A DNA stretch of 64,000 nucleotides from Escherichia coli (GTDB lineage: Bacteria > Pseudomonadota > Gammaproteobacteria > Enterobacterales > Enterobacteriaceae). Positions within the stretch are counted from its first letter, which is position 1. Each line of letters begins with the position of its first letter. The notes under the pieces are model-generated. The model saw only the letters and a list, made by a program, of their open reading frames with translations, was not told the origin of the DNA and ran no database searches. The stretch lies in the NCBI RefSeq assembly GCF_045037415.1, contig NZ_CP173438.1; one strand, written 5' to 3'. A program made the position numbers and the translations under genes. Positions 41,138-50,039 of this stretch are shown here, piece after piece.

Positions 41138-42534
41138 CCAGCCAGAACACCCCGGCATGGCGTAACGATGACCTGGAAGGCGCTGTCATCGGTGCGTTTT
41201 TTCTGCGTGGGGCCGATCCGGAAGTGATGGATATTCTGGCCACACTTCCGGCGGATGTATTTTTTGTGCGTCAGTACCGGGATATTTACGCGGGGATTTG
41301 CAGACAGGCTCGCATATCCGGCGTCATTGACCCCGTACTGCTGTGCAATGAGATGCCGGAACTTGCCCCGGTGATTACCGACACCGGACGCAAAACCTGG
41401 GTGAAGTCTTCACTGGAGCACTATGTCGCAGCGTTGCGGCGCAATGCCGCACTGCGTGATGCAGAAAAAACACTGACTGAAGCATTACAGAATTTACGTG
41501 ATGCGTATACCTGTGAAGCAGCCGAGGATGCCCTGAAGGATGCGCAGAACATGATGGCCTCACTGTCGACCGGAAAGGGCGTCATTCAGCCGGTTCACAT
41601 TGATGATGTCCTTCCGGAAGTGGTCGACCGTGTTGAATGCCGCAATCAGGGACTGGAGAAATCCAGGGCGCTGATGACCGGTATTGATGAACTGGACGCA
41701 AAAACGGGCGGTATGGAGCCCGGAGACCTGGTATTCATTGCCGCCCGTCCTTCGATGGGGAAAACCGAACTTGCGCTGGACATCATCGACAAGGTGACTG
41801 AGCAGGGGCATGGCGTGCTTCTGTTCACCATGGAGATGGCGAACATCCAGATTGGTGAACGTATGGTGTCTGCTGCCGGTGGAATGCCGGTATCCCGTCT
41901 TAAGTCTGTTGCCCGTTTTGAAGATGAAGACTGGGCGCGTTTCTCGCAGGGCGTGGGACGAATGACGGGGCGTAATATCTGGATGGTGGACCAGGCAAAC
42001 CTGACCATTGATGAGATATGTGCAACCACGAAGCACCACCGGATGAAGCATCCGGAAACGGCGCTGGTTGTGGTCGATTACCTCGGCCTGATTAAAACCC
42101 GCAGCACGGGGCGTCACGACCTTGCTGTGGGGGAAATCTCAAAGGGACTTAAAAGCCTGGCAAAATCCGGCGGTTTTCCGCTGATTGCTCTGAGCCAGCT
42201 CTCCCGTGGCGTGGAATCCAGACCCAATAAACGCCCAATGAACTCGGACCTGAAAAACTCCGGGGAAATCGAGGCGGATGCCGACATCATTCTGATGCTT
42301 TACAGGGAGGAGGTATACAACCCGGAAACTCAGGCCAGAGGCATAGCAGAAATCAACATCACGAAACAGCGTAATGGCACGCTCGGGACCATTTACCGGC
42401 GTTTTCATAACGGACATTTTCTGCCTGTGGACCAGGAGAGTGCCCGGGTTCTTTCCACACCAATGCAACAGCCCCAGCCGCGCAGATACAGCAACAAACG
42501 AACTGACAGCAGTAAGATGGAGCGTTTCTTTTGA
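41134..42534 (+). CDS. DnaB-family replicative DNA helicase
   Basis: 466-aa ORF with Walker A ARPSMGKTELALD and DnaB-like C-terminal domain motifs (VVVDYLGLI, LSQLSRG). Confidence 0.85.
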   Translation: MTSQNTPAWRNDDLEGAVIGAFFLRGADPEVMDILATLPADVFFVRQYRDIYAGICRQARISGVIDPVLLCNEMPELAPVITDTGRKTWVKSSLEHYVAALRRNAALRDAEKTLTEALQNLRDAYTCEAAEDALKDAQNMMASLSTGKGVIQPVHIDDVLPEVVDRVECRNQGLEKSRALMTGIDELDAKTGGMEPGDLVFIAARPSMGKTELALDIIDKVTEQGHGVLLFTMEMANIQIGERMVSAAGGMPVSRLKSVARFEDEDWARFSQGVGRMTGRNIWMVDQANLTIDEICATTKHHRMKHPETALVVVDYLGLIKTRSTGRHDLAVGEISKGLKSLAKSGGFPLIALSQLSRGVESRPNKRPMNSDLKNSGEIEADADIILMLYREEVYNPETQARGIAEINITKQRNGTLGTIYRRFHNGHFLPVDQESARVLSTPMQQPQPRRYSNKRTDSSKMERFF

Positions 42535-42788
42535 ACAACCAGACAATGACTTTTACCCCTGAGCAATTACGTAAACAGGCACAGGAAATGTTGCGGCAGG
42601 CGGAACAACTGGAAAAAACAGGTGTAACAAAAGATGCCATTCGTCGGGATATGGTGCCAGCGCTCAGGGAACTGATGCAGGCAAAACACCGTGCACAAAA
42701 AGCAGTGGATGAGCTGGTGGATTGTGTGGCAGAGCTGGAAACCAGAGTTGGTAAGTTTGAAAAACTGGTGCAGGAGGTACTGCGCTGA
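42531..42788 (+). CDS. hypothetical coiled-coil protein
   Basis: 85-aa ORF, overlapping-stop packing. Confidence 0.4.
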   Translation: MNNQTMTFTPEQLRKQAQEMLRQAEQLEKTGVTKDAIRRDMVPALRELMQAKHRAQKAVDELVDCVAELETRVGKFEKLVQEVLR

Positions 42789-43156
42789 TGCGTGATATGT
42801 ACGAAGTTTTAGATCGTTGGGGGGCCTGGGCTGCAGCAGATAACAGTGGTGTGGACTGGCAGCCGATAGCAGCAGGCTTCAAGGGGCTTTTACCACACGG
42901 TAAAAAGTCACGTCTCCAGTGTGATGATGACGAAGGTATCATGATAGACGGTTGTGTGGCTCGGTTGCGAAAGTATAAACCCGAAGAGTATGAGTTGATC
43001 ATTGCTCACTTTGTTATTGGTATCTCATTACGCGCTATTGCTAAAAAACGGAAATGTTCAGATGGAACAATACGGAAAGAGATGCAAACAGCAATGGGGT
43101 TTATTGATGGCTGCTTGTCATTTTTCATTTACTACAATGACTTAAGTTCTATGTAA
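42788..43156 (+). CDS. late-gene antiterminator Q-like protein (QuuD-type)
   Basis: 122-aa ORF MRDMYEVLDRWGAWAAADNSGVDWQPIAAGFKGLLP... resembling the recalled short Q/QuuD family of E. coli prophages; sits directly before the late cargo and lysis region. Confidence 0.6.
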   Translation: MRDMYEVLDRWGAWAAADNSGVDWQPIAAGFKGLLPHGKKSRLQCDDDEGIMIDGCVARLRKYKPEEYELIIAHFVIGISLRAIAKKRKCSDGTIRKEMQTAMGFIDGCLSFFIYYNDLSSM

Positions 43157-43219
43157 AATCGTTCTACTTTCCCAACTTTTATGTGTATATAATACCAGGA
43201 TAAAGTAACGGAGAATCTT

Positions 43220-44260
43220 GTGAACATTCAGGCAGTAGACATTTTTTGTGGTGCGGGGGGCTTAACTTTTGGGCTAAAAAAAGCCGGGATTGAGGTTTCT
43301 CATGGTATTGATATTGATGAATCCTGCCGTTTTGCTATTGAGAGCAATAATCCTTTAACGCAGTTCATTAATCAGTCAGTTACAGAACTGCAATCCTGCG
43401 ATGTGTCTGCTATGTTCAAGGAAGGAAATATTAGATTGCTTGCTGGATGTGCTCCTTGCCAACCGTTTTCCAAGTATCGTAATCCAAATAGCCGTAAAGA
43501 CGATACAAAGTGGCGTTTGTTATATGAGTTTCAAAGGCTTGTAAGTGATGTCATGCCAGAGCTTGTGACGATGGAGAATGTTCCTCAACTTAGAAACCAT
43601 AAGGTTTTTGAAGGGTTTGTTAGTGCATTAAAGACTCTTGGATATCATTTGTGGTACGACGTTGTAAGATGTTCTGAGTATGGCTTACCTCAAAATAGAC
43701 GTAGATTAATTCTAATTGGTTCCCAATTGGGGCCGATCAGCCTTGATCAAAAAAAAGTTAGCCGTAAAGTTACTGTTAAGGATGCTATTGGTAGGTTGCC
43801 AAAAGTAGGGGCAGGTGAGAAGCTGGAAAGCGATCCCTTGCATCGTTCGCCTAAATTGATGGATATCAATCTTAAACGAATCATGCATTCTTTACCTGGT
43901 GGTACGTGGGATGACTGGCCTGAAGAAATTAGAGCAGACTGTCATAAAAAGAATTCAGGTGCTACCTATAAAAGCGTTTATGGACGGATGGTTTGGGACG
44001 ATACTAGCCCTACGATAACTACCCAGTGTTATGGATATGGAAATGGACGATTTGGCCATCCTGAGCAAAATCGCGCCATAACTTTGCGTGAAGCTGCGAT
44101 TTTGCAATCCTTTCCAATGGATTATAAATTCCTTGACAAGGAGACGCCTTTTTCATTCCAAAAATTGGGGACAATGATTGGAAATGCTGTTCCCCCTATA
44201 ATTGGTCAGATAATAGGGGAAACATTTATCAGACATGTTGAGGGGATAAATACCCGTTAG
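43220..44260 (+). CDS. DNA (cytosine-5)-methyltransferase, Dcm family
   Basis: 346-aa ORF, GTG start; C5-MTase motifs I FCGAGG, IV PCQPFS, VI ENV, VIII QNRRR and X GNAV are all visible. Confidence 0.85.
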   Translation: MNIQAVDIFCGAGGLTFGLKKAGIEVSHGIDIDESCRFAIESNNPLTQFINQSVTELQSCDVSAMFKEGNIRLLAGCAPCQPFSKYRNPNSRKDDTKWRLLYEFQRLVSDVMPELVTMENVPQLRNHKVFEGFVSALKTLGYHLWYDVVRCSEYGLPQNRRRLILIGSQLGPISLDQKKVSRKVTVKDAIGRLPKVGAGEKLESDPLHRSPKLMDINLKRIMHSLPGGTWDDWPEEIRADCHKKNSGATYKSVYGRMVWDDTSPTITTQCYGYGNGRFGHPEQNRAITLREAAILQSFPMDYKFLDKETPFSFQKLGTMIGNAVPPIIGQIIGETFIRHVEGINTR

Positions 44261-44918
44261 AGGTAATATAATTTTCTGTTGAGTTGATTAATAAACGCAA
44301 ATATAGATCAATTCTTTCTGACCTCGATTTGACTTCTTCTAAAGGGTCTATTTGACCTTTTTTAGAAAAGCTGGTACTTCCATGTGCCAGCTCATTTCTG
44401 ATATCTTTAAGTAAATCTAAGTCAACACCATTTCTACACTCTGGTGAGTTTGCAACAGTTATTCCGTAAGCTTGTGTTATTTTGTGCAATACAGACTTGC
44501 AAACATTACCATTGAATTCTTTACGTATGTTTAATGAGGCTGAAATGATCCTTTTAGATATATCGGAACCAATTTTTTGATAAAGAGATTTTCCCGATTC
44601 ATTATCTGAAATGATACGGTGCAAGATATTTACTTGGAATTTCTCCCTGAGTGATGCGTAATTTACTTCATTATCTTGCAAATGGTCATAAATTGACTCA
44701 ATGCATCCTCTGGCAGTGTTTTCAACCTGATTGTACAGCATCATGTGCACGGATGATTTTAAAATGTTAACCCTAAGGGTATTTGATTCTATTTCATCTT
44801 TATGCGTTTGCTGATCTAACTGCTGAGTCTGAGCCTCTAAAGATGACGCAAGAGAAAGCAATTCCATAATATCTCTTGCTCTTTCTTCGTATTCATCTCT
44901 TAAATCAATCAAACTCAT
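44229..44918 (-). CDS. HEPN-domain protein (predicted RNase/nuclease), partner of the DUF262 protein
   Basis: 229-aa ORF; C-terminal Rx4H HEPN motif (DIRNELAHG); ATG 2 nt after the stop of the upstream DUF262 gene with an AGGA Shine-Dalgarno inside that gene's 3' end. Confidence 0.65.
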   Translation of the reverse strand: MSLIDLRDEYEERARDIMELLSLASSLEAQTQQLDQQTHKDEIESNTLRVNILKSSVHMMLYNQVENTARGCIESIYDHLQDNEVNYASLREKFQVNILHRIISDNESGKSLYQKIGSDISKRIISASLNIRKEFNGNVCKSVLHKITQAYGITVANSPECRNGVDLDLLKDIRNELAHGSTSFSKKGQIDPLEEVKSRSERIDLYLRLLINSTENYITSNGYLSPQHV

Positions 44919-44920
44919 AG

Positions 44921-46078
44921 TTACATTCCTAATAATTTATCTTTGACATAAAATATTCTGTTTTTGAGTTGGCTGGTGTTGTTGGCACTATCAGCAGTAA
45001 CTATGGTTTCAAATTCCTCCCCAAACAGCCAGTCTCCTACAGGAATAACCGGAGCCTGTAGATGTGGATTGGCTTTTAAGGCAAGAGCAGTTCCCACTGC
45101 TATGGCTTCGTATCTAGCACGGGGGGTGGTTTTGCTTGTTGGTGTCTTTTTAAACCCCATAGGGAAATGAGCATCTACAAAAGCAAGCATGCTTTCAAAA
45201 TCATGTTTAAATTTGTCTACATCTTGTTGTGTGACCCTTTCGGCCTGAACATTAAGATAATTGTCAATAAAAGGAGCGACATAACCCTTATAATTTTCTA
45301 AATCATTTAAGTATGCAAAAAATCTCAAAACTAACTCACGATGATCGCCATTCGAACGTTTCCGGTCTGATAATGGAGCTAGACTAGCGAAAAGTGGATT
45401 TGTTGAGCAAGGAGTCACAACATCCCTATAGAAAATTGAAGTGGCCGCATCTGAACCATGTCTAACCTCCATCGCTTCCAGTCTCTTAACACCTGAATTT
45501 ATTCTTTCGAATAAATCTCTTCTATGTTGCTCCTCAACATCACCTTTCAATTCAATAAATCTTAGTGATGCCCTTAAAAATCGCCTCTGGCGGCTAGCCA
45601 AAAGATCTGAAAATTTGAAGCCCTCTAAACTTTTGAGTTCTTTTAAGTCTTTCAATTCAAACTGATTGTTCCAAAAGTAGTAAATTGAGCGAATCCTTTG
45701 TGAACCGTCAATAATTTCTACACGACCATCCAACTCAGGATCTTCATTAAATACGTCGGAGATGTAGAGGTACGGGATTGGAAAATCTAATAATATACTT
45801 TCGATGAATCGAGAGGCTGTTTTGATATCCCATTTGTAATCGCGTTGATAATCAGGAATAAAAAGTTCGTTTTTGTCAGTTTCAAGATTATTGCCATACT
45901 TTTGTACAATTAATTCAACGGTCCATTCACGTACGTTGTATCCAATATTTCTCTGAGCAAGCCTAATCTCGTTGTCGGCAGAAGTGACCAAGGCTGCAAT
46001 TTCAGCTTTTTTTCTATTTTTCGCGTTTTCATCTTGAATCTGAGCAAGCTCTTCTTTGAGTTCTTTGAGTGTGGTCAT
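44921..46078 (-). CDS. DUF262 (ParB/Srx-like, GmrS-N-type) domain protein without an HNH/DUF1524 domain
   Basis: 385-aa ORF; DUF262 hallmarks FIPDYQRDYKW and IIDGSQR near the N-terminus; long helical C-terminal region with no nuclease motif. Confidence 0.75.
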   Translation of the reverse strand: MTTLKELKEELAQIQDENAKNRKKAEIAALVTSADNEIRLAQRNIGYNVREWTVELIVQKYGNNLETDKNELFIPDYQRDYKWDIKTASRFIESILLDFPIPYLYISDVFNEDPELDGRVEIIDGSQRIRSIYYFWNNQFELKDLKELKSLEGFKFSDLLASRQRRFLRASLRFIELKGDVEEQHRRDLFERINSGVKRLEAMEVRHGSDAATSIFYRDVVTPCSTNPLFASLAPLSDRKRSNGDHRELVLRFFAYLNDLENYKGYVAPFIDNYLNVQAERVTQQDVDKFKHDFESMLAFVDAHFPMGFKKTPTSKTTPRARYEAIAVGTALALKANPHLQAPVIPVGDWLFGEEFETIVTADSANNTSQLKNRIFYVKDKLLGM

Positions 46079-46186
46079 ATCACTGTTCCTTTAATTGGAG
46101 TTGGAAATAGATTGTAAGAAAACTATAACGCGTACGCAAAAAATATTATATCGTGTTAAGAGTGGTTACTACGCCACACAGCTTAA

Positions 46187-46212
46187 ACCCGCCGCCAGGC
46201 GGTTTTTTGTGT
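46187..46212 (+). terminator. intrinsic terminator on the + strand (candidate late tR'-type terminator)
   Basis: cccgccgccaggcgg hairpin followed by a T6 run, between the DUF262 gene start and the next + strand ORF. Confidence 0.45.
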
Positions 46213-46331
46213 CCGAAAAACGGCGCAGTACGTTAAACGTGCTGGTGGTTGCGAATACCGGTCTTTCAGCTTGCTGGCTTTTCAGACAAGAGTTATTGGT
46301 ATGTCACGTTAACCAGAAAAGGGAAAAAGAC

Positions 46332-46529
46332 ATGCTAAAACAGCAGGATATGACCGAAACTGCCAGAGTGGTGTTTAATGAATTAAGCGTCACCGAACCG
46401 GCGACCGTCGGGGAAATTGCGCAGAATACTTACCTTTCACGCGAACGCTGCCAGCTAATACTGACCCAGCTTGTTATGGCGGGTCTGGCAGATTATCAGT
46501 TCGGTTGTTACAGACGCCTTCCGCAGTGA
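46332..46529 (+). CDS. hypothetical small protein, possible winged helix
   Basis: ORF 46095..46529; start placed at MLKQQDMTETARVVFNELSV... Confidence 0.35.
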   Translation: MLKQQDMTETARVVFNELSVTEPATVGEIAQNTYLSRERCQLILTQLVMAGLADYQFGCYRRLPQ

Positions 46530-46679
46530 AGGCTTTTTTATTTGTGGTAATGGGCGGCTGGTGGGTGTTAGCGGCACCTGCCAGCCATCTGCTCATGCGT
46601 TGGGGTCACAAGCAAACCTCAGGCCCATCTGCTTTGCGCAAAAGCGGTATGAGCCTATCAGAGAAGTGCTTATTGATCT

Positions 46680-47420
46680 ATGGCTAATACTGTAAAAATA
46701 TCCAGTTGTGAGTTAATCAACGCCGACTGCCTGGAATTTATCCGGTCGTTACCCGAAAATTCTGTTGACCTGATAGTCACGGACCCGCCGTACTTTAAAG
46801 TGAAGCCTGAGGGCTGGGATAACCAGTGGAAGGGCGACGATGATTACCTGAAGTGGCTGGACCAGTGTCTGGCGCAGTTCTGGCGGGTGCTGAAACCTGC
46901 CGGAAGTCTTTACCTGTTCTGTGGTCATCGCCTGGCATCTGATATCGAAATCATGATGCGTGAACGCTTCAGTGTGCTGAACCATATTATCTGGGCGAAG
47001 CCGTCCGGACGCTGGAACGGATGCAACAAGGAAAGCCTGCGGGCGTATTTCCCCGCCACAGAGCGCATTCTGTTCGCGGAACATTATCAGGGGCCGTATC
47101 GTCCGAAAGATGCCGGGTATACGGCGAAGGGCAGTACGGCTGTGTCGGACAGGGCTTACATATTGCCAAAAAACTGCTTCCGTATATCCCTAATAACGCG
47201 GGGATCCTGCTGGTACCATGCTGTCGTGGTGGTTCGGCATTCACCCAGGGCACGGAGGGGACATTCAGCGAGTCCACGGGGGCCAGTCAGGATTCGGCTC
47301 GCTGGGGAGTGGGTAAGCCGTTATATCAGGATCTGCTTTTCCGCACGAAGGCAGCATTGCAGAAAAACCCGAAAAACGTTTTGCTGGCGATATGCTGGAT
47401 GCAGGGGGAATTCGATATGA
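46680..47420 (+). pseudogene. N6-adenine/N4-cytosine-type DNA methyltransferase, N-terminal fragment only (frame lost after about 140 codons)
   Basis: Motif IV TDPPYF and ...LNHIIWAKP... are present, but no motif I follows; the frame degenerates into low-complexity sequence while the overlapping frame becomes NanS-like. Confidence 0.45.
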
Positions 47421-48562
47421 CGAATGCCAGTTACGCCCAGCAGCCAGCAGCATTTCTTGCAATGGTACAGCAGTTCCGTGCTGACCTTGCCGGGCTGGCG
47501 GCGCAGTGTCACGGTGGAAGTCCGGCATCAGTCCCCTGGATTTGTGGCGACACGACATACGTGTGGAAACAAGAACACGGTACGCAATATGAAGTGGTAT
47601 ATGGTGCATATAAAGGTAAAGAATCCCAGCAGATTTATTTTGTTCCCTTTATGACCGATGGTAGCGGAGTTAATACACCGACAAACAACCCGTCAGAAGA
47701 TCCTGATATTGCCGGGTCTGGTTATTACGGTTCGGCATCCCGAACGAACAAAAACTGGGTATCATCAAATCGCCCGACGCATTTCAGCTCATGGGCGCGT
47801 CGTGGCATTATTCCCGATCGTATGGCAACTGCTATTCTGAACGTAGCCGGTCGCACCTTAGCCTTCATTAGTGGTAAGGCACCGGAAATCAAACCCTCGC
47901 CCGGCGGCGACACTCCATCGGGGCCGTCTGATGGTGACACATCCGTTCGTACAGTCTCCCTGCTGCCGACAGCCGGAGAGGCTGCTGCGCAGGGCTGGAC
48001 CATCACCGGCGGCAGTGTTGCGCTGGAAGATGGTGTGTTTAAGGTTACCAAGCAGAGCAATAAAACTTGGTCCCTGATGCATCCGGTGGATGACGCAGTC
48101 TCCCTGCTGACACGGGGTGGCAGACTGAGCTGTAAGTTTCGACTGTCAGGCGCACTGACCAACAACCAGTTCGGTCTGGGAATTTATCTGTGTACCGATG
48201 TAGCGTTACCTGACGTCGTGGCGATGACCGGGACTGGTAACCCGTTCCTGATGTCGTTCTTCACCCAGACCACAGACGGCAAACTGAATCTGATGCATCA
48301 CAGGAAAGCAGGAAACACAAAGTTGGGCGAGTTCGGGAATTACAGTAACGACTGGCAGACGCTGGAGCTGGTGTTCACCGCCGGCAGTGCCACGGTTACT
48401 CCGAAACTGAATGGAGTGGCTGGCCCGGCATTCCAGGTCATAAAAGACAGTCTGACACTGGGGCTGAATGCGCTGACGCTGACGGATATTACCAAAAATG
48501 CAGCGTATGGCGTTGAGATAGAAAGTCTGGTGCTGGAGATAAATGCACCAGCATCATCATAA
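47021..48562 (+). CDS. prophage NanS-like sialate O-acetylesterase (NanS-p type), apparently 5'-truncated
   Basis: Frame matches recalled YjhS/NanS from ...QYGCVGQGLHIAKKLLPYIPNNAGILLVPCCRGGSAFTQGTEGTFSE... onward, plus a C-terminal extension; the N-terminal GQSN-containing region was not seen. Confidence 0.55.
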   Translation: MQQGKPAGVFPRHRAHSVRGTLSGAVSSERCRVYGEGQYGCVGQGLHIAKKLLPYIPNNAGILLVPCCRGGSAFTQGTEGTFSESTGASQDSARWGVGKPLYQDLLFRTKAALQKNPKNVLLAICWMQGEFDMTNASYAQQPAAFLAMVQQFRADLAGLAAQCHGGSPASVPWICGDTTYVWKQEHGTQYEVVYGAYKGKESQQIYFVPFMTDGSGVNTPTNNPSEDPDIAGSGYYGSASRTNKNWVSSNRPTHFSSWARRGIIPDRMATAILNVAGRTLAFISGKAPEIKPSPGGDTPSGPSDGDTSVRTVSLLPTAGEAAAQGWTITGGSVALEDGVFKVTKQSNKTWSLMHPVDDAVSLLTRGGRLSCKFRLSGALTNNQFGLGIYLCTDVALPDVVAMTGTGNPFLMSFFTQTTDGKLNLMHHRKAGNTKLGEFGNYSNDWQTLELVFTAGSATVTPKLNGVAGPAFQVIKDSLTLGLNALTLTDITKNAAYGVEIESLVLEINAPASS

Positions 48563-48712
48563 AAAGTGAGCCAGTCAAATGGAAGGTATCGTTAAACTCA
48601 CCGGTAGTGTCAGTGGGTCGTCTGAGATGCCTGCATGAGTTATCAGAGCCATCAGTACTTAACTGGTGGCTTTTTTTATTGTTGTCAGCTTCCGGATAAC
48701 GGGAGACGGGGT

Positions 48713-48928
48713 ATGTACCAGATGGAAAAAATCACAACAGGTGTGTCATACACCACGTCAGCGGTGGGAACGGGCTACTGGTTCCTGCAGTTGCTGGACA
48801 GGGTTTCCCCGTCTCAGTGGGCGGCAATAGGCGTGCTGGGGAGTCTGCTGTTTGGGCTGCTGACATATCTGACTAACCTGTATTTCAAAATCAGAGAGGA
48901 CCGTCGTAAGGCTGCACGGGGAGAGTAA
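48713..48928 (+). CDS. S: holin, phage 21 S-like pinholin
   Basis: ORF 48635..48928; [71 protein letters not shown] resembles S21; tandem Met starts (MYQM) and a GGGAGACGGGG Shine-Dalgarno. Confidence 0.8.
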   Translation: MYQMEKITTGVSYTTSAVGTGYWFLQLLDRVSPSQWAAIGVLGSLLFGLLTYLTNLYFKIREDRRKAARGE

Positions 48929-48932
48929 TTCA

Positions 48933-49283
48933 ATGACTCAAAACTATGAACTGATTGTGAAAGGGATCCGCAATTTTGAGAATAAAGTTACGGTAACTTT
49001 AGCGTTACGGGACAAAAAACGCTTTGACGGTGAAATTTTTGACCTGGACATCTCGCTGGACCGTGTTGAAGGTGCCGCGCTGGAGTTTTATGAGGCAGCA
49101 GCCAGAAGGAGCATCAGACAGGTCTTCCTGGATGTTGCTGCCGGGTTATGTGAAGGGGATGAGCAGTCGCCGGAAAAGCGCCCCGTAATTTTAGAGGCGC
49201 AGAATGTATGGATAACCTACAAAGGAAAGCTACCGGGAAGAATTACTGGTTCTCTGAAGACTCCTCCGGAATCACAACCTTAA
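48933..49283 (+). CDS. hypothetical protein inserted between holin and endolysin
   Basis: 116-aa ORF with no recognisable motifs. Confidence 0.4.
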   Translation: MTQNYELIVKGIRNFENKVTVTLALRDKKRFDGEIFDLDISLDRVEGAALEFYEAAARRSIRQVFLDVAAGLCEGDEQSPEKRPVILEAQNVWITYKGKLPGRITGSLKTPPESQP

Positions 49284-49346
49284 GTCACTGACCGGAACAG
49301 ATAAACCTGTCCGTGGGCAGAAACCGATAAATCCTGATAAATATCC

Positions 49347-49880
49347 ATGAACACCAAAATCAAATACGGCCTGTCGGCTGCCGTTCTGGCGCTGATTGCC
49401 GCTGGTGCGCCTGCGCCTGACATTCTCGACCAGTTTCTGGATGAAAAGGAAGGTAACCACACCACGGCATACCGTGATGGCGCGGGTATCTGGACCATCT
49501 GCCGCGGTGCCATCCTGGTGGATGGCAAACCTGTCGTTCCGGGCATGAAGTTGTCGAAGGAAAAATGCGACCGGGTTAACGCCATTGAGCGTGATAAGGC
49601 GCTGGCATGGGTGGAGAAAAACATCAAAGTGCCATTGACCGAACCCCAGAAAGCGGGGATCGCGTCATTCTGTCCGTACAACATTGGTCCCGGTAAGTGT
49701 TTCCCGTCGACGTTTTACAGACGAATTAATGCTGGCGATCGCAGGGGAGCATGTGAGGCGATTCGCTGGTGGATTAAGGACGGTGGCAGAGACTGCCGTA
49801 TTCGTTCAAATAACTGCTATGGACAGGTCTCACGGCGTGACCAGGAGAGCGCGCTGGCGTGCTGGGGAATTGACAAATAA
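49347..49880 (+). CDS. R: SAR endolysin (lysozyme, GH24-like) R
   Basis: 177-aa ORF; N-terminal weakly hydrophobic Gly/Ala-rich signal-arrest-release segment (YGLSAAVLALIAAGAPAP) followed by a lysozyme-like domain. Confidence 0.8.
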   Translation: MNTKIKYGLSAAVLALIAAGAPAPDILDQFLDEKEGNHTTAYRDGAGIWTICRGAILVDGKPVVPGMKLSKEKCDRVNAIERDKALAWVEKNIKVPLTEPQKAGIASFCPYNIGPGKCFPSTFYRRINAGDRRGACEAIRWWIKDGGRDCRIRSNNCYGQVSRRDQESALACWGIDK

Positions 49881-50039
49881 GCAGAATATTTTGTTGAAAA
49901 ATGACGTTGGCTAATACGGACGGATAACACGAAATCCTGAGAACTGGCAAAACCTAAGTGAATAAAAGTAAAAACCCCGTTTGTTGGCTGCAAGCGGGGT
50001 TTTGTGTTTCCTGACTCTGGAAAAGTCAAAGGAGAAAGT

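Noticed and set aside
43157-48700. Shiga toxin (stx A/B) genes in the Q-to-lysis slot of a yecE-integrated lambdoid prophage
   Set aside because: None of the ORFs in this slot resembles an AB5 toxin; the slot holds the methyltransferase, the DUF262/HEPN pair, a methyltransferase fragment and a NanS-like esterase instead.
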